Source of the DNA: Escherichia coli
GTDB taxonomy: Bacteria; Pseudomonadota; Gammaproteobacteria; Enterobacterales; Enterobacteriaceae
DNA length: 64,000 nt
NCBI RefSeq assembly: GCF_024700885.2
Contig: NZ_CP117016.1
Direction: 5' to 3' (one strand)
The notes beneath the pieces were generated by a model. That model saw only the letters and a list, made by a program, of their open reading frames with translations, was not told the DNA's origin and ran no database searches. Shown in pieces: positions 1-10,480 of this stretch (positions within the stretch are counted from its first letter, which is position 1; each line of letters opens with the position of its first letter). Position numbers and translations under genes: made by a program.

Positions 1-76
1 GAATAATCCAACACGAATATGATACTAAAACTTTTAAGATGTTTCATTTATCGCTATAGATGTTTCAAAATGTAAA
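1..76 (-). promoter_or_regulatory. ompC upstream regulatory region with OmpR-binding boxes (C1-C3); ompC itself lies beyond the left edge
   Basis: Reverse complement of 1-76 reads TTTACATTTTGAAACATCTATAGCGATAAATGAAACATCTTAAAAGTTTTAGTATCATATTCGTG, matching the ompC OmpR box series as I recall it; position divergent from micF fits. Confidence 0.6.
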
Positions 77-231
77 TAGAAGGGAACTTTTTAAGATTAT
101 TGCGGAATGGCGAAATAAGCACCTAACATCAAGCAATAATAATTCAAGGTTAAAATCAATAACTTATTCTTAAGTATTTGACAGCACTGAATGTCAAAAC
201 AAAACCTTCACTCGCAACTAGAATAACTCCC

Positions 232-324
232 GCTATCATCATTAACTTTATTTATTACCGTCATTCATTTCTGAATGTCTGTTTACCCCTATTTCAACCG
301 GATGCCTCGCATCCGGTTTTTTTT
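232..324 (+). ncRNA. micF: MicF antisense sRNA (represses ompF translation)
   Basis: Sequence GCTATCATCATTAACTTTATTTATTACCGTCATTCATTTCTGAATGTCTG...CGGATGCCTCGCATCCGGTTTTTTTT matches micF and ends in a hairpin plus T-run; located upstream of rcsD as in K-12. Confidence 0.85.
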
Positions 325-635
325 ACCCTTCTTTACACACTTTTCATTATTCTGTGCTACCACAGAAAAACTATAACGCTTGTTAACTATTTCACAAATA
401 ATTAACATCGGCATAATTTCCAGCAATCTTCGTTTATTTGCAATTAATTTCGTTGGGCTTTTTGTAGGTTATTTGTACAGCAAAATGGCGCTTGTACATC
501 TATTTCACCCAATGCAGGATGATAAATATCACGGGAGAATAGAGAATCATCAATCAGGTAAGAGTCTGGAATTTCACACTGTACCCTTTATACTGCCCTA
601 TCACTTCGCGAAGTTTTAACAGGTCATAAACACGA

Positions 636-3308
636 ATGCGTCAGAAAGAGACAACGGCCACGACCCGCTTTTCACTCCTACCGGGGAGCATTACCCGCTT
701 CTTTTTACTGTTGATCATTGTGTTACTGGTGACGATGGGGGTAATGGTACAAAGCGCCGTTAACGCCTGGCTGAAAGATAAAAGTTACCAGATTGTCGAC
801 ATTACCCACGCAATCCAAAAGCGCGTCGATACCTGGCGTTACGTGACCTGGCAGATCTACGACAACATTGCCGCGACGACCTCCCCCTCCTCCGGCGAAG
901 GTTTACAAGAGACGCGCCTGAAACAGGATGTCTACTATCTGGAAAAACCGCGCCGCAAAACGGAAGCGTTAATCTTTGGCTCTCACGACAACTCAACGCT
1001 TGAGATGACTCAGCGGATGTCCACTTATCTGGATACATTGTGGGGCGCAGAAAATGTACCGTGGTCGATGTATTACCTGAATGGTCAGGATAACAGTCTG
1101 GTGCTGATCTCAACCCTGCCCCTCAAAGATCTCACCTCCGGATTTAAAGAATCGACCGTCAGCGACATTGTTGATTCACGTCGTGCAGAGATGTTGCAAC
1201 AGGCCAACGCCCTCGATGAACGCGAAAGCTTTTCTAACATGCGCCGCCTGGCCTGGCAGAACGGTCATTACTTTACCTTGCGTACCACCTTTAACCAGCC
1301 GGGACATCTGGCAACGGTTGTGGCTTTTGATCTGCCGATTAATGATTTGATCCCACCGGGTATGCCGCTGGACAGTTTCCGCCTTGAGCCAGACGCGACG
1401 GCAACGGGAAACAATGATAATGAGAAAGAAGGGACGGATAGCGTCAGTATCCACTTTAACAGTACGAAGATTGAAATCTCCTCGGCACTCAACTCTACCG
1501 ATATGCGCCTGGTCTGGCAGGTTCCTTATGCCACCTTATTGCTGGATACGTTGCAAAACATTCTGCTGCCACTGCTGCTGAACATCGGTTTGCTGGCGCT
1601 GGCGTTATTTGGCTATACCACATTCCGCCATTTCTCCAGTCGCAGTACAGAAAGTCTACCCAACACGGCGGTCAATAACGAATTGCGCATTTTACGGGCA
1701 ATCAATGAAGAGATAGTCTCACTGCTGCCGCTCGGCCTGCTGGTTCACGATCAGGAATCGAACCGCACTGTCATAAGTAACAAAATTGCCGATCATTTGC
1801 TGCCGCATTTGAATCTGCAAAACATCACCACCATGGCGGAACAGCATCAGGGGATTATTCAGGCGACGATTAATAACGAGCTGTATGAGATCCGCATGTT
1901 CCGCAGCCAGGTCGCGCCGCGCACACAAATTTTCATTATTCGCGATCAGGATCGCGAAGTGCTGGTAAACAAGAAACTCAAGCAGGCGCAGCGTCTGTAT
2001 GAGAAAAACCAGCAGGGGCGGATGACCTTTATGAAAAACATTGGCGATGCGCTGAAAGAACCCGCACAGTCCCTGGCGGAGAGCGCGGCTAAACTCAACG
2101 CCCCGGAAAGCAAACAACTGGCGAATCAGGCTGATGTGCTGGTGCGGCTGGTCGATGAAATACAGTTAGCGAACATGCTTGCGGACGATAGCTGGAAAAG
2201 TGAGACGGTGCTGTTCTACGTGCAGGATTTGATTGATGAAGTTGTGCCTTCAGTGTTGCCTGCCATCAAGCGTAAAGGTCTGCAACTGCTGATTAACAAT
2301 CATCTGAAAGCACACGATATGCGCCGCGGCGATCGCGATGCCTTACGACGTATTTTGCTGTTACTGATACAATATGCCGTGACCTCAACGCAATTGGGAA
2401 AAATCACCCTTGAGGTTGATCAGGATGAGTCCTCCGAAGACCGCCTGACGTTCCGCATTCTGGACACTGGAGAAGGCGTAAGCATTCATGAAATGGATAA
2501 TTTGCACTTCCCGTTTATCAACCAGACCCAAAACGATCGCTATGGCAAGGCGGACCCGCTGGCATTCTGGCTGAGCGATCAACTGGCGCGTAAACTGGGC
2601 GGTCATTTAAACATCAAAACGCGGGATGGGCTTGGTACACGCTACTCTGTGCATATCAAAATGCTCGCAGCTGACCCGGAAGTTGAAGAGGAAGAAGAGC
2701 GATTACTGGATGATGTCTGCGTAATGGTGGATGTTACTTCGGCAGAAATTCGGAATATTGTCACTCGCCAGTTAGAAAATTGGGGTGCAACCTGTATCAC
2801 ACCCGATGAAAGATTAATTAGTCAAGATTATGATATCTTTTTAACGGATAATCCGTCTAATCTTACTGCCTCTGGCTTGCTTTTAAGCGATGATGAGTCT
2901 GGCGTACGGGAAATTGGGCCTGGTCAATTGTGCGTCAACTTCAATATGAGCAACGCTATGCAGGAAGCGGTCTTACAATTAATTGAAGTGCAACTGGCGC
3001 AGGAAGAGGTGACAGAATCGCCTCTGGGCGGAGATGAAAATGCGCAACTCCATGCCAGCGGCTATTATGCGCTCTTTGTAGACACAGTACCGGATGATGT
3101 TAAGAGGCTGTATACTGAAGCAGCAACCAGTGACTTTGCTGCGTTAGCCCAAACGGCTCATCGTCTTAAAGGCGTATTTGCCATGCTAAATCTGGTACCC
3201 GGCAAGCAGTTATGTGAAACGCTGGAACATCTGATTCGTGAGAAGGATGTTCCAGGAATAGAAAAATACATCAGCGACATTGACAGTTATGTCAAGAGCT
3301 TGCTGTAG
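636..3308 (+). CDS. rcsD: Rcs phosphorelay phosphotransfer protein RcsD (YojN), 890 aa
   Basis: ORF track 890 aa starting MRQKETTATTRFSLLPGS; ATG at 636; N-terminal membrane segment; synteny with rcsB immediately downstream. Confidence 0.93.
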   Translation: MRQKETTATTRFSLLPGSITRFFLLLIIVLLVTMGVMVQSAVNAWLKDKSYQIVDITHAIQKRVDTWRYVTWQIYDNIAATTSPSSGEGLQETRLKQDVYYLEKPRRKTEALIFGSHDNSTLEMTQRMSTYLDTLWGAENVPWSMYYLNGQDNSLVLISTLPLKDLTSGFKESTVSDIVDSRRAEMLQQANALDERESFSNMRRLAWQNGHYFTLRTTFNQPGHLATVVAFDLPINDLIPPGMPLDSFRLEPDATATGNNDNEKEGTDSVSIHFNSTKIEISSALNSTDMRLVWQVPYATLLLDTLQNILLPLLLNIGLLALALFGYTTFRHFSSRSTESLPNTAVNNELRILRAINEEIVSLLPLGLLVHDQESNRTVISNKIADHLLPHLNLQNITTMAEQHQGIIQATINNELYEIRMFRSQVAPRTQIFIIRDQDREVLVNKKLKQAQRLYEKNQQGRMTFMKNIGDALKEPAQSLAESAAKLNAPESKQLANQADVLVRLVDEIQLANMLADDSWKSETVLFYVQDLIDEVVPSVLPAIKRKGLQLLINNHLKAHDMRRGDRDALRRILLLLIQYAVTSTQLGKITLEVDQDESSEDRLTFRILDTGEGVSIHEMDNLHFPFINQTQNDRYGKADPLAFWLSDQLARKLGGHLNIKTRDGLGTRYSVHIKMLAADPEVEEEEERLLDDVCVMVDVTSAEIRNIVTRQLENWGATCITPDERLISQDYDIFLTDNPSNLTASGLLLSDDESGVREIGPGQLCVNFNMSNAMQEAVLQLIEVQLAQEEVTESPLGGDENAQLHASGYYALFVDTVPDDVKRLYTEAATSDFAALAQTAHRLKGVFAMLNLVPGKQLCETLEHLIREKDVPGIEKYISDIDSYVKSLL

Positions 3309-3324
3309 CAAGGTAGCCTATTAC

Positions 3325-3975
3325 ATGAACAATATGAACGTAATTATTGCCGATGACCATCCGATAGTCTTGTTCGGTATTCGCAAATCACTTGAGCAAA
3401 TTGAGTGGGTGAATGTTGTCGGCGAATTTGAAGACTCTACAGCACTGATCAACAACCTGCCGAAACTGGATGCGCATGTGTTGATTACCGATCTCTCCAT
3501 GCCTGGCGATAAGTACGGCGATGGCATTACCTTAATCAAGTACATCAAGCGCCATTTCCCAAGCCTGTCGATCATTGTTCTGACTATGAACAACAACCCG
3601 GCGATTCTTAGTGCGGTATTGGATCTGGATATCGAAGGGATCGTGCTGAAACAAGGTGCACCGACCGATCTGCCGAAAGCTCTCGCCGCGCTGCAGAAAG
3701 GGAAGAAATTTACCCCGGAAAGCGTTTCTCGCCTGTTGGAAAAAATCAGTGCTGGTGGTTACGGTGACAAGCGTCTCTCGCCAAAAGAGAGTGAAGTTCT
3801 GCGCCTGTTTGCTGAAGGCTTCCTGGTGACCGAGATCGCTAAAAAGCTGAACCGCAGTATCAAAACCATCAGTAGCCAGAAGAAATCTGCGATGATGAAG
3901 CTGGGTGTCGAGAACGATATTGCTCTGCTGAATTATCTCTCTTCTGTGACCTTAAGTCCGGCAGATAAAGACTAA
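3325..3975 (+). CDS. rcsB: Response regulator RcsB, 216 aa
   Basis: Start set to ATG at 3325 (MNNMNVIIADDHPIV...), giving 216 aa; the ORF-track start at 3280 is an upstream extension overlapping the rcsD 3' end. Confidence 0.95.
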   Translation: MNNMNVIIADDHPIVLFGIRKSLEQIEWVNVVGEFEDSTALINNLPKLDAHVLITDLSMPGDKYGDGITLIKYIKRHFPSLSIIVLTMNNNPAILSAVLDLDIEGIVLKQGAPTDLPKALAALQKGKKFTPESVSRLLEKISAGGYGDKRLSPKESEVLRLFAEGFLVTEIAKKLNRSIKTISSQKKSAMMKLGVENDIALLNYLSSVTLSPADKD

Positions 3976-3979
3976 TCAT

Positions 3980-4062
3980 CTGTAGGCCAGATAAGACGCG
4001 TCAGCGTCGCATCTGGCATTTGCACTGAATGCCAGATGCGGCGTAAACGCCTTATCCGTCCT
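3980..4062. repeat. REP (repetitive extragenic palindromic) elements between convergent rcsB and rcsC
   Basis: GCCTGATGCGACGCT / GCCGGATGCGGCGTAAACGCCTTATCCG-type palindromic units; yields the typical spurious MPDATL ORF in the track. Confidence 0.7.
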
Positions 4063-6910
4063 ACGAATCCCGCGATTTCCTGACCCTCTCGGCATATACC
4101 GTTAGCGTCTGTTTTATCACATCCAGCGTTACCGGCTTCGACAGGCAGCTGTCCATACCAGACTCCAGACACCGCTGCTTCTCTTCAGCCAACGCATTAG
4201 CAGTTACTCCGATTACCGGCAACGTCAGTCCCAACTGACGAATGCGTTGCGTCAAGCGGTAACCATCCATATTTGGCATGTTGACGTCGCTAAGCACGAT
4301 ATCAATATGATTCTTGCTAAGTACATTAAGCGCATCGACGCCATCATTCGCGGTTTTACATTGATAGCCCAACGATCCCAACTGATCTGCCAGAAGACGC
4401 CGGTTAATCGGATGATCATCCACAACCAGAATCATCATATCGTCGTTATCGCTGACCGCTTTGTCCGTCGACGGCAGAGCGTTAGCAGGATCATCGCTCT
4501 CCATCTCGATCAAATAAATACGCGCCAACAATGCCGGTAGCTCATGCGGGGCAGCCACACTGTGTACCCACTCCCCTGGCGCTTTCTCCAGCGGAATACC
4601 AATATGGCGACGACAGAAGGTCACTACCGCTCTACCCTGCCATTTTTTGCTCACTACCTCGTCAGTGATTAACACATCTTCGGGAGTCGGTTCCTGCCCT
4701 TCGTATGTTGTAACGACGATGCCGCTGCGCTGCAAACTGGTTTCCAGGAACTGACAGAGCGACGCATTGCGGACCGCCAGCCAGCAGCGTTTACCACTCA
4801 ACCCTTCCACGCCTTTTTTCTGCGGGTACTGAGCGCCGTACAACGGAATACGCACGGTAAACTGGCTGCCCATTCCCGGTTCTGAATCTACCGAGATGTC
4901 GCCGTCCATCATGCTGATCAGTTTTTCACAAATCGCCAGCCCCAGACCGGTCCCCTGGAAGTTACGCTGTACGCCCGTTCCGACCTGGAAGAAGGGATCA
5001 AACAAGCGCACCACTTCTTTCGCCGGAATCCCCACTCCGGTATCGCGAACGCGGATAGAGAGATAATCGCCATCAGCGCGAACATGCAAAACTATACAGC
5101 CGGTATCGGTGAATTTTATGGCGTTACTCAACAGGTTGGAGATGACCTGCTGTAAACGCATCGGGTCGCCATTTAAGGCCACTGGCACATCCGGTTCAAT
5201 AAAGCAGTACAAGCCTAGCTGCTTGCGTACCACCAGCGGTAAATAGTTGGCGGTGATGTGGTTCATCACTTCACGCGGTGAAAACTCACGCGGTTCGATC
5301 TTCAACTGTTCTGATTCAATTTTCGAGAAATCGAGAATATCGCTGATAATTTTCAACAACAGGCTGGAAGAGTTATTCATTGCCGTCACCAGCCGATCGA
5401 CGCCTTTCGGTAACTCTTTGGTTTGCAACAGATCCAGGTTACCGATAATGCCATACAGCGGCGTTCGCAGCTCATGACTGACGGTGGCAAGGAACATCGA
5501 TTTTGACTGGCTCGCCTGTTCCGCTGCTTGTGCCATCTCCTGCAACGACTCTTCCATCTTCACGCGCGAAGAAACATCCACCAGCACACAAATGGCCACG
5601 TTTTCATTACGATAGCGCGAATGGACGAAGCTGATTTGCAGATTGGTATTGTTGCTGGTCAGGACATCAACAAAATTGACCTGCTGCCCACAGATAATTT
5701 GTGTCAGCCGTTGGCGATCCTCATGCGTAAGCATATTGAGATAGGTATGCGCCAGTTCGTTACTTAAAATATTGACGCCATCAGCGGTACGCAAAATGCA
5801 GATACCCACTGGCGCGGAGGCGACAATCTTGCGATTAAACTGCTCATGTTCTTCCAGTCGCAGGGCGTCGCTTTCCGCCGGAATGAAAATACGTCGCTCG
5901 TACATCCGCGCGAGAGTAAACAATGCAGCTCCGGCAAGCACATTCAGCAAAATTGCGTTAAGGATCAACATGCGAATGCGTTCCAGCACCTTATCAACCG
6001 GCACCGAATACACGATGCTTAGCGATGAGGGTGGCAGATTTTTCTTCAGCACCAGCTCCCGGAACCCTTCCGTATAGCCAAACCAGGAGCGTTCCTGCAT
6101 CCAGCGAGGATCGCCCTTAATTTTGCTTTCTGGTCCGGTAAGCGAAATCAGGGTATGACCATTTTCATCAAGAATGGTAACCCCCATCGGCAACGTACCA
6201 GGTAAGAAAAAGTTCTCCATCCGGATGGTCTGCTCGACACCCAAAAGCGCCTGCAACCGGTTCGCCAGATAAACTGGCGTCAACGCGTAAAAATACCCGA
6301 CGCCAGGGCGCGGACCTTCGCTGATCCAGTAGAGGTTACTGCCGCTATCGTCTTGTGGTGCATTTCGATATTTATTGATGCGTTCATGCAAAGCTTTCAA
6401 CGCGGTATCGCGTTCCACTGGCATATCACGCAGACCGAAATTGGCCATGCAAAGGTTATCGCTGCCGATTAAAAATACCCGGTTGAGATCGTAAGCCGCA
6501 GAGAAATTATCGCGCCAGTAGCGCATAAACCACACCAATGACTCCAGAGAGCCTCGCCAGGTGTTACTCATTGCGGAACAATCGGAGTCGGCAAACAGCG
6601 GTTCAAACGCAGGCACATCCGCCTGCGTTTCTCGTCCACGCGGGGAAAGCACACCGTTTTCTGCCGATAAGCGATTTTCAGCTATGTACTTCAGCTCTTT
6701 CATCACATCAGAGGTACGTTGAATAAAGCGCTGAGCCTGATCGGAACTCAGATTAAATTCCTGACGAATTTCCGATTCTCGCTGATGTAACGCATTCACG
6801 ATGTAAAAAACGGATGAAAAAGCAATCAACAGCCAGAGCACTAACGCCAATGCTCGGAACATGTAGCGCGAGGCTTTCAGGGTTGTACGAAAAGAAGCAA
6901 GGTATTTCAA
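4061..6910 (-). CDS. rcsC: Hybrid sensor histidine kinase RcsC, 949 aa
   Basis: 949-aa ORF starting MKYLASFRTTLKASRYMF; start codon on the minus strand is TTG (6910-6908); histidine kinase H-box (SHELRTPL) and C-terminal receiver domain visible. Confidence 0.93.
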   Translation of the reverse strand: MKYLASFRTTLKASRYMFRALALVLWLLIAFSSVFYIVNALHQRESEIRQEFNLSSDQAQRFIQRTSDVMKELKYIAENRLSAENGVLSPRGRETQADVPAFEPLFADSDCSAMSNTWRGSLESLVWFMRYWRDNFSAAYDLNRVFLIGSDNLCMANFGLRDMPVERDTALKALHERINKYRNAPQDDSGSNLYWISEGPRPGVGYFYALTPVYLANRLQALLGVEQTIRMENFFLPGTLPMGVTILDENGHTLISLTGPESKIKGDPRWMQERSWFGYTEGFRELVLKKNLPPSSLSIVYSVPVDKVLERIRMLILNAILLNVLAGAALFTLARMYERRIFIPAESDALRLEEHEQFNRKIVASAPVGICILRTADGVNILSNELAHTYLNMLTHEDRQRLTQIICGQQVNFVDVLTSNNTNLQISFVHSRYRNENVAICVLVDVSSRVKMEESLQEMAQAAEQASQSKSMFLATVSHELRTPLYGIIGNLDLLQTKELPKGVDRLVTAMNNSSSLLLKIISDILDFSKIESEQLKIEPREFSPREVMNHITANYLPLVVRKQLGLYCFIEPDVPVALNGDPMRLQQVISNLLSNAIKFTDTGCIVLHVRADGDYLSIRVRDTGVGIPAKEVVRLFDPFFQVGTGVQRNFQGTGLGLAICEKLISMMDGDISVDSEPGMGSQFTVRIPLYGAQYPQKKGVEGLSGKRCWLAVRNASLCQFLETSLQRSGIVVTTYEGQEPTPEDVLITDEVVSKKWQGRAVVTFCRRHIGIPLEKAPGEWVHSVAAPHELPALLARIYLIEMESDDPANALPSTDKAVSDNDDMMILVVDDHPINRRLLADQLGSLGYQCKTANDGVDALNVLSKNHIDIVLSDVNMPNMDGYRLTQRIRQLGLTLPVIGVTANALAEEKQRCLESGMDSCLSKPVTLDVIKQTLTVYAERVRKSRDS

Positions 6911-7076
6911 AGGGGCGAAGCTCCGCCTCAGGTGACCGATGGAGTGTGGTTAAGGTAGCGGTAAAAGCGTGTTACCGCAATGTTCTCTCTTCTCTGGAAT
7001 ATGATACACCGCCGAGAAATCATCACCTTAACCTCTGATAATCGTCATATACCGGACAAGACTAGTGGATTTCAGC

Positions 7077-8903
7077 ATGCATTATATGAAGTGGATTTAT
7101 CCACGCCGCTTACGCAATCAAATGATCCTGATGGCAATCCTGATGGTCATTGTCCCAACGCTTACTATTGGTTATATCGTAGAAACGGAAGGACGTTCAG
7201 CAGTCTTATCTGAAAAAGAGAAAAAACTTTCTGCCGTGGTCAACCTGCTTAATCAGGCACTAGGCGATCGCTATGATCTCTACATCGACTTACCACGTGA
7301 GGAGCGTATCCGCGCATTAAATGCAGAACTTGCCCCCATTACCGAAAATATCACTCACGCCTTCCCTGGCATCGGCGCTGGTTATTACAACAAAACGCTG
7401 GATGCGATAATCACCTACGCGCCTTCAGCGCTATATCAGAATAATGTCGGCGTTACCATTGCCGCAGATCACCCTGGTCGCGAAGTCATGCGTACAAATA
7501 CCCCTTTGGTTTATTCAGGCAGGCAGGTGCGCGGCGATATTTTGAATTCAATGATCCCCATTGAGCGTAATGGTGAAATCCTCGGCTATATCTGGGCCAA
7601 TGAATTAACCGAAGATATTCGCCGCCAGGCCTGGAAAATGGATGTGAGGATTATCATTGTGCTCACCGCCGGTTTGCTGATAAGCCTGCTGTTGATTGTC
7701 CTTTTCTCCCGTCGCCTGAGCGCCAATATTGATATCATCACCGATGGCCTCTCGACTCTGGCGCAAAATATTCCCACTCGATTACCACAATTGCCCGGTG
7801 AAATGGGGCAAATCAGTCAGAGTGTTAACAACCTCGCCCAGGCACTGCGTGAAACGCGGACACTTAACGATCTGATTATTGAAAACGCTGCCGATGGCGT
7901 CATTGCCATTGACCGCCAGGGTGATGTAACCACCATGAACCCGGCAGCAGAAGTCATCACTGGCTATCAACGTCATGAACTGGTAGGGCAGCCTTACTCC
8001 ATGTTGTTCGACAATACTCAGTTCTACAGTCCAGTACTGGATACGCTGGAACATGGCACCGAACATGTAGCGCTGGAGATCAGTTTTCCAGGCCGTGACC
8101 GCACCATTGAACTCAGTGTCACTACCAGTCGTATTCATAACACGCATGGTGAAATGATAGGTGCTTTGGTGATTTTCTCTGATTTAACTGCCCGCAAAGA
8201 AACCCAGCGCCGCATGGCGCAAGCAGAACGCCTCGCCACACTGGGTGAGCTGATGGCTGGCGTCGCGCATGAAGTACGTAATCCGCTAACGGCTATTCGT
8301 GGTTATGTACAGATCTTGCGCCAACAAACCGGTGACCCAATACATCAGGAATATCTGTCCGTAGTACTCAAAGAAATCGATTCAATTAACAAAGTTATTC
8401 AGCAATTGCTCGAATTTTCACGTCCACGCCACAGTCAATGGCAACAAGTCAGCCTCAATGCATTGGTTGAAGAAACTCTGGTACTGGTACAAACCGCTGG
8501 CGTACAAGCGCGGATCGACTTCATAAGCGAACTGGATAATGAATTAAGCCCGATTAACGCCGATCGTGAACTGCTCAAACAGGTACTACTGAATATCCTG
8601 ATCAATGCCGTCCAGGCTATCAGTGCACGAGGGAAAATTCGCATTCGAACCTGGCAGTACAGCGACTCACAACAGGCCATTTCGATAGAGGACAACGGCT
8701 GTGGCATTGATCTCTCGCTGCAAAAAAAGATCTTCGATCCCTTTTTCACTACCAAAGCCTCAGGAACCGGGCTTGGTCTGGCGTTAAGTCAACGCATCAT
8801 TAATGCCCATCAGGGTGATATTCGCGTCGCCAGTTTGCCGGGCTACGGCGCAACCTTCACGCTTATTTTACCGATCAACCCGCAGGGAAATCAGACTGTA
8901 TGA
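7077..8903 (+). CDS. atoS: Sensor histidine kinase AtoS, 608 aa
   Basis: ATG at 7077 (MHYMKWIYPRRLRNQ...); HAMP/PAS region and H-box (AHEVRNPLTAI); overlaps the atoC start. Confidence 0.9.
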   Translation: MHYMKWIYPRRLRNQMILMAILMVIVPTLTIGYIVETEGRSAVLSEKEKKLSAVVNLLNQALGDRYDLYIDLPREERIRALNAELAPITENITHAFPGIGAGYYNKTLDAIITYAPSALYQNNVGVTIAADHPGREVMRTNTPLVYSGRQVRGDILNSMIPIERNGEILGYIWANELTEDIRRQAWKMDVRIIIVLTAGLLISLLLIVLFSRRLSANIDIITDGLSTLAQNIPTRLPQLPGEMGQISQSVNNLAQALRETRTLNDLIIENAADGVIAIDRQGDVTTMNPAAEVITGYQRHELVGQPYSMLFDNTQFYSPVLDTLEHGTEHVALEISFPGRDRTIELSVTTSRIHNTHGEMIGALVIFSDLTARKETQRRMAQAERLATLGELMAGVAHEVRNPLTAIRGYVQILRQQTGDPIHQEYLSVVLKEIDSINKVIQQLLEFSRPRHSQWQQVSLNALVEETLVLVQTAGVQARIDFISELDNELSPINADRELLKQVLLNILINAVQAISARGKIRIRTWQYSDSQQAISIEDNGCGIDLSLQKKIFDPFFTTKASGTGLGLALSQRIINAHQGDIRVASLPGYGATFTLILPINPQGNQTV

Positions 8904-10285
8904 CTGCTATTAATCGCATCCTTATTGTGGATGATGAAGATAATGTTCGCCGTATGCTGAGCACCGCTTTTGCACTACAAGGATTCGAAACACATTGTGC
9001 GAACAACGGGCGCACAGCATTACACCTGTTTGCCGATATTCACCCTGACGTGGTGTTGATGGATATCCGCATGCCAGAGATGGACGGCATCAAGACACTA
9101 AAGGAGATGCGCAGCCATGAGACACGGACACCCGTTATTCTGATGACGGCCTATGCTGAAGTGGAAACCGCCGTCGAAGCACTACGCTGCGGAGCCTTCG
9201 ACTATGTTATCAAACCGTTTGATCTCGATGAGTTGAATTTAATCGTTCAGCGCGCTTTACAACTCCAGTCAATGAAAAAAGAGATCCGTCATCTGCACCA
9301 GGCACTGAGCACCAGCTGGCAATGGGGGCACATTCTCACCAACAGCCCGGCGATGATGGACATCTGCAAAGACACCGCCAAAATTGCCCTTTCTCAGGCC
9401 AGCGTCTTGATTAGCGGTGAAAGCGGCACCGGGAAAGAGTTGATTGCCAGAGCGATTCACTACAATTCGCGGCGGGCAAAGGGGCCGTTCATTAAAGTCA
9501 ACTGCGCGGCGCTGCCGGAATCGTTGCTCGAAAGTGAACTGTTTGGTCATGAAAAAGGGGCATTTACTGGTGCACAAACCTTGCGTCAGGGATTATTTGA
9601 ACGTGCCAACGAAGGTACTCTGCTCCTCGACGAAATTGGCGAAATGCCGCTGGTACTGCAAGCCAAATTACTACGCATTCTGCAGGAACGGGAATTTGAA
9701 CGGATTGGCGGCCATCAGACCATAAAAGTTGATATCCGCATCATTGCTGCCACCAACCGCGACTTGCAGGCAATGGTGAAAGAAGGCACCTTCCGTGAAG
9801 ATCTCTTTTATCGCCTTAACGTTATTCATTTAATACTGCCGCCTCTGCGCGATCGCCGGGAAGATATTTCCCTGTTAGCTAATCACTTTTTGCAAAAATT
9901 CAGTAGTGAGAATCAGCGCGATATTATCGACATCGATCCGATGGCAATGTCACTGCTTACCGCCTGGTCATGGCCGGGAAATATTCGAGAGCTTTCCAAC
10001 GTTATTGAACGCGCCGTCGTGATGAATTCAGGCCCGATCATTTTTTCTGAGGATCTTCCGCCGCAGATTCGTCAGCCAGTCTGTAATGCTGGCGAGGTAA
10101 AAACATCCCCTGTCGGAGAGCGTAATTTAAAAGAGGAAATTAAACGCGTCGAAAAACGCATCATTATGGAAGTGCTGGAACAACAAGAAGGAAACCGAAC
10201 CCGCACTGCTTTAATGCTGGGCATCAGTCGCCGTGCATTGATGTATAAACTCCAGGAATACGGTATCGATCCGGCGGATGTATAA
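8900..10285 (+). CDS. atoC: Sigma-54-dependent response regulator AtoC, 461 aa
   Basis: Receiver domain, AAA+ sigma-54 activator core (GESGTGKE, GAFTGA motif) and C-terminal HTH; ATG at 8900 overlaps the atoS stop. Confidence 0.92.
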   Translation: MTAINRILIVDDEDNVRRMLSTAFALQGFETHCANNGRTALHLFADIHPDVVLMDIRMPEMDGIKTLKEMRSHETRTPVILMTAYAEVETAVEALRCGAFDYVIKPFDLDELNLIVQRALQLQSMKKEIRHLHQALSTSWQWGHILTNSPAMMDICKDTAKIALSQASVLISGESGTGKELIARAIHYNSRRAKGPFIKVNCAALPESLLESELFGHEKGAFTGAQTLRQGLFERANEGTLLLDEIGEMPLVLQAKLLRILQEREFERIGGHQTIKVDIRIIAATNRDLQAMVKEGTFREDLFYRLNVIHLILPPLRDRREDISLLANHFLQKFSSENQRDIIDIDPMAMSLLTAWSWPGNIRELSNVIERAVVMNSGPIIFSEDLPPQIRQPVCNAGEVKTSPVGERNLKEEIKRVEKRIIMEVLEQQEGNRTRTALMLGISRRALMYKLQEYGIDPADV

Positions 10286-10296
10286 CGCCAAAACTT

Positions 10297-10337
10297 GCTA
10301 TGCAGAAATTTGCACAGTGCGCAATTTTCTGCATAGC
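10297..10337 (+). promoter_or_regulatory. AtoC upstream activating site: 20-bp inverted repeat pair
   Basis: GCTATGCAGAAATTTGCACA-GTGCGCAATTTTCTGCATAGC is a near-perfect palindrome about 100 bp upstream of the sigma-54 promoter. Confidence 0.6.
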
Positions 10338-10419
10338 CGCTCATTCTCCTTATAAATCCCCATCCAATTTATCCCTTCATATTCAATTAGTTAAATAACA
10401 ACATTCAATAATCTCATTC

Positions 10420-10435
10420 TGGCACTCCCCTTGCT
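10420..10435 (+). promoter_or_regulatory. Sigma-54 (-24/-12) promoter of atoDAEB
   Basis: TGGCAC-N5-TTGCT with GG-to-GC spacing matching the RpoN consensus, 45 bp upstream of the atoD ATG. Confidence 0.6.
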
Positions 10436-10480
10436 ATTCCCTGACTGTACCCACAACGGTGTATGCAAGAGGGATAAAAA

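Noticed and set aside
178-619. Small ORFs of 75 and 79 aa upstream of rcsD
   Set aside because: They overlap the micF sRNA and the ompC/micF divergent promoter region; no RBS and no coding-like composition.
3972-4172. 66-aa ORF containing MPDATL (similar ORFs at 17979-18209 and 24714-24914)
   Set aside because: These are translations of REP palindromes, a well-known source of false small ORFs.
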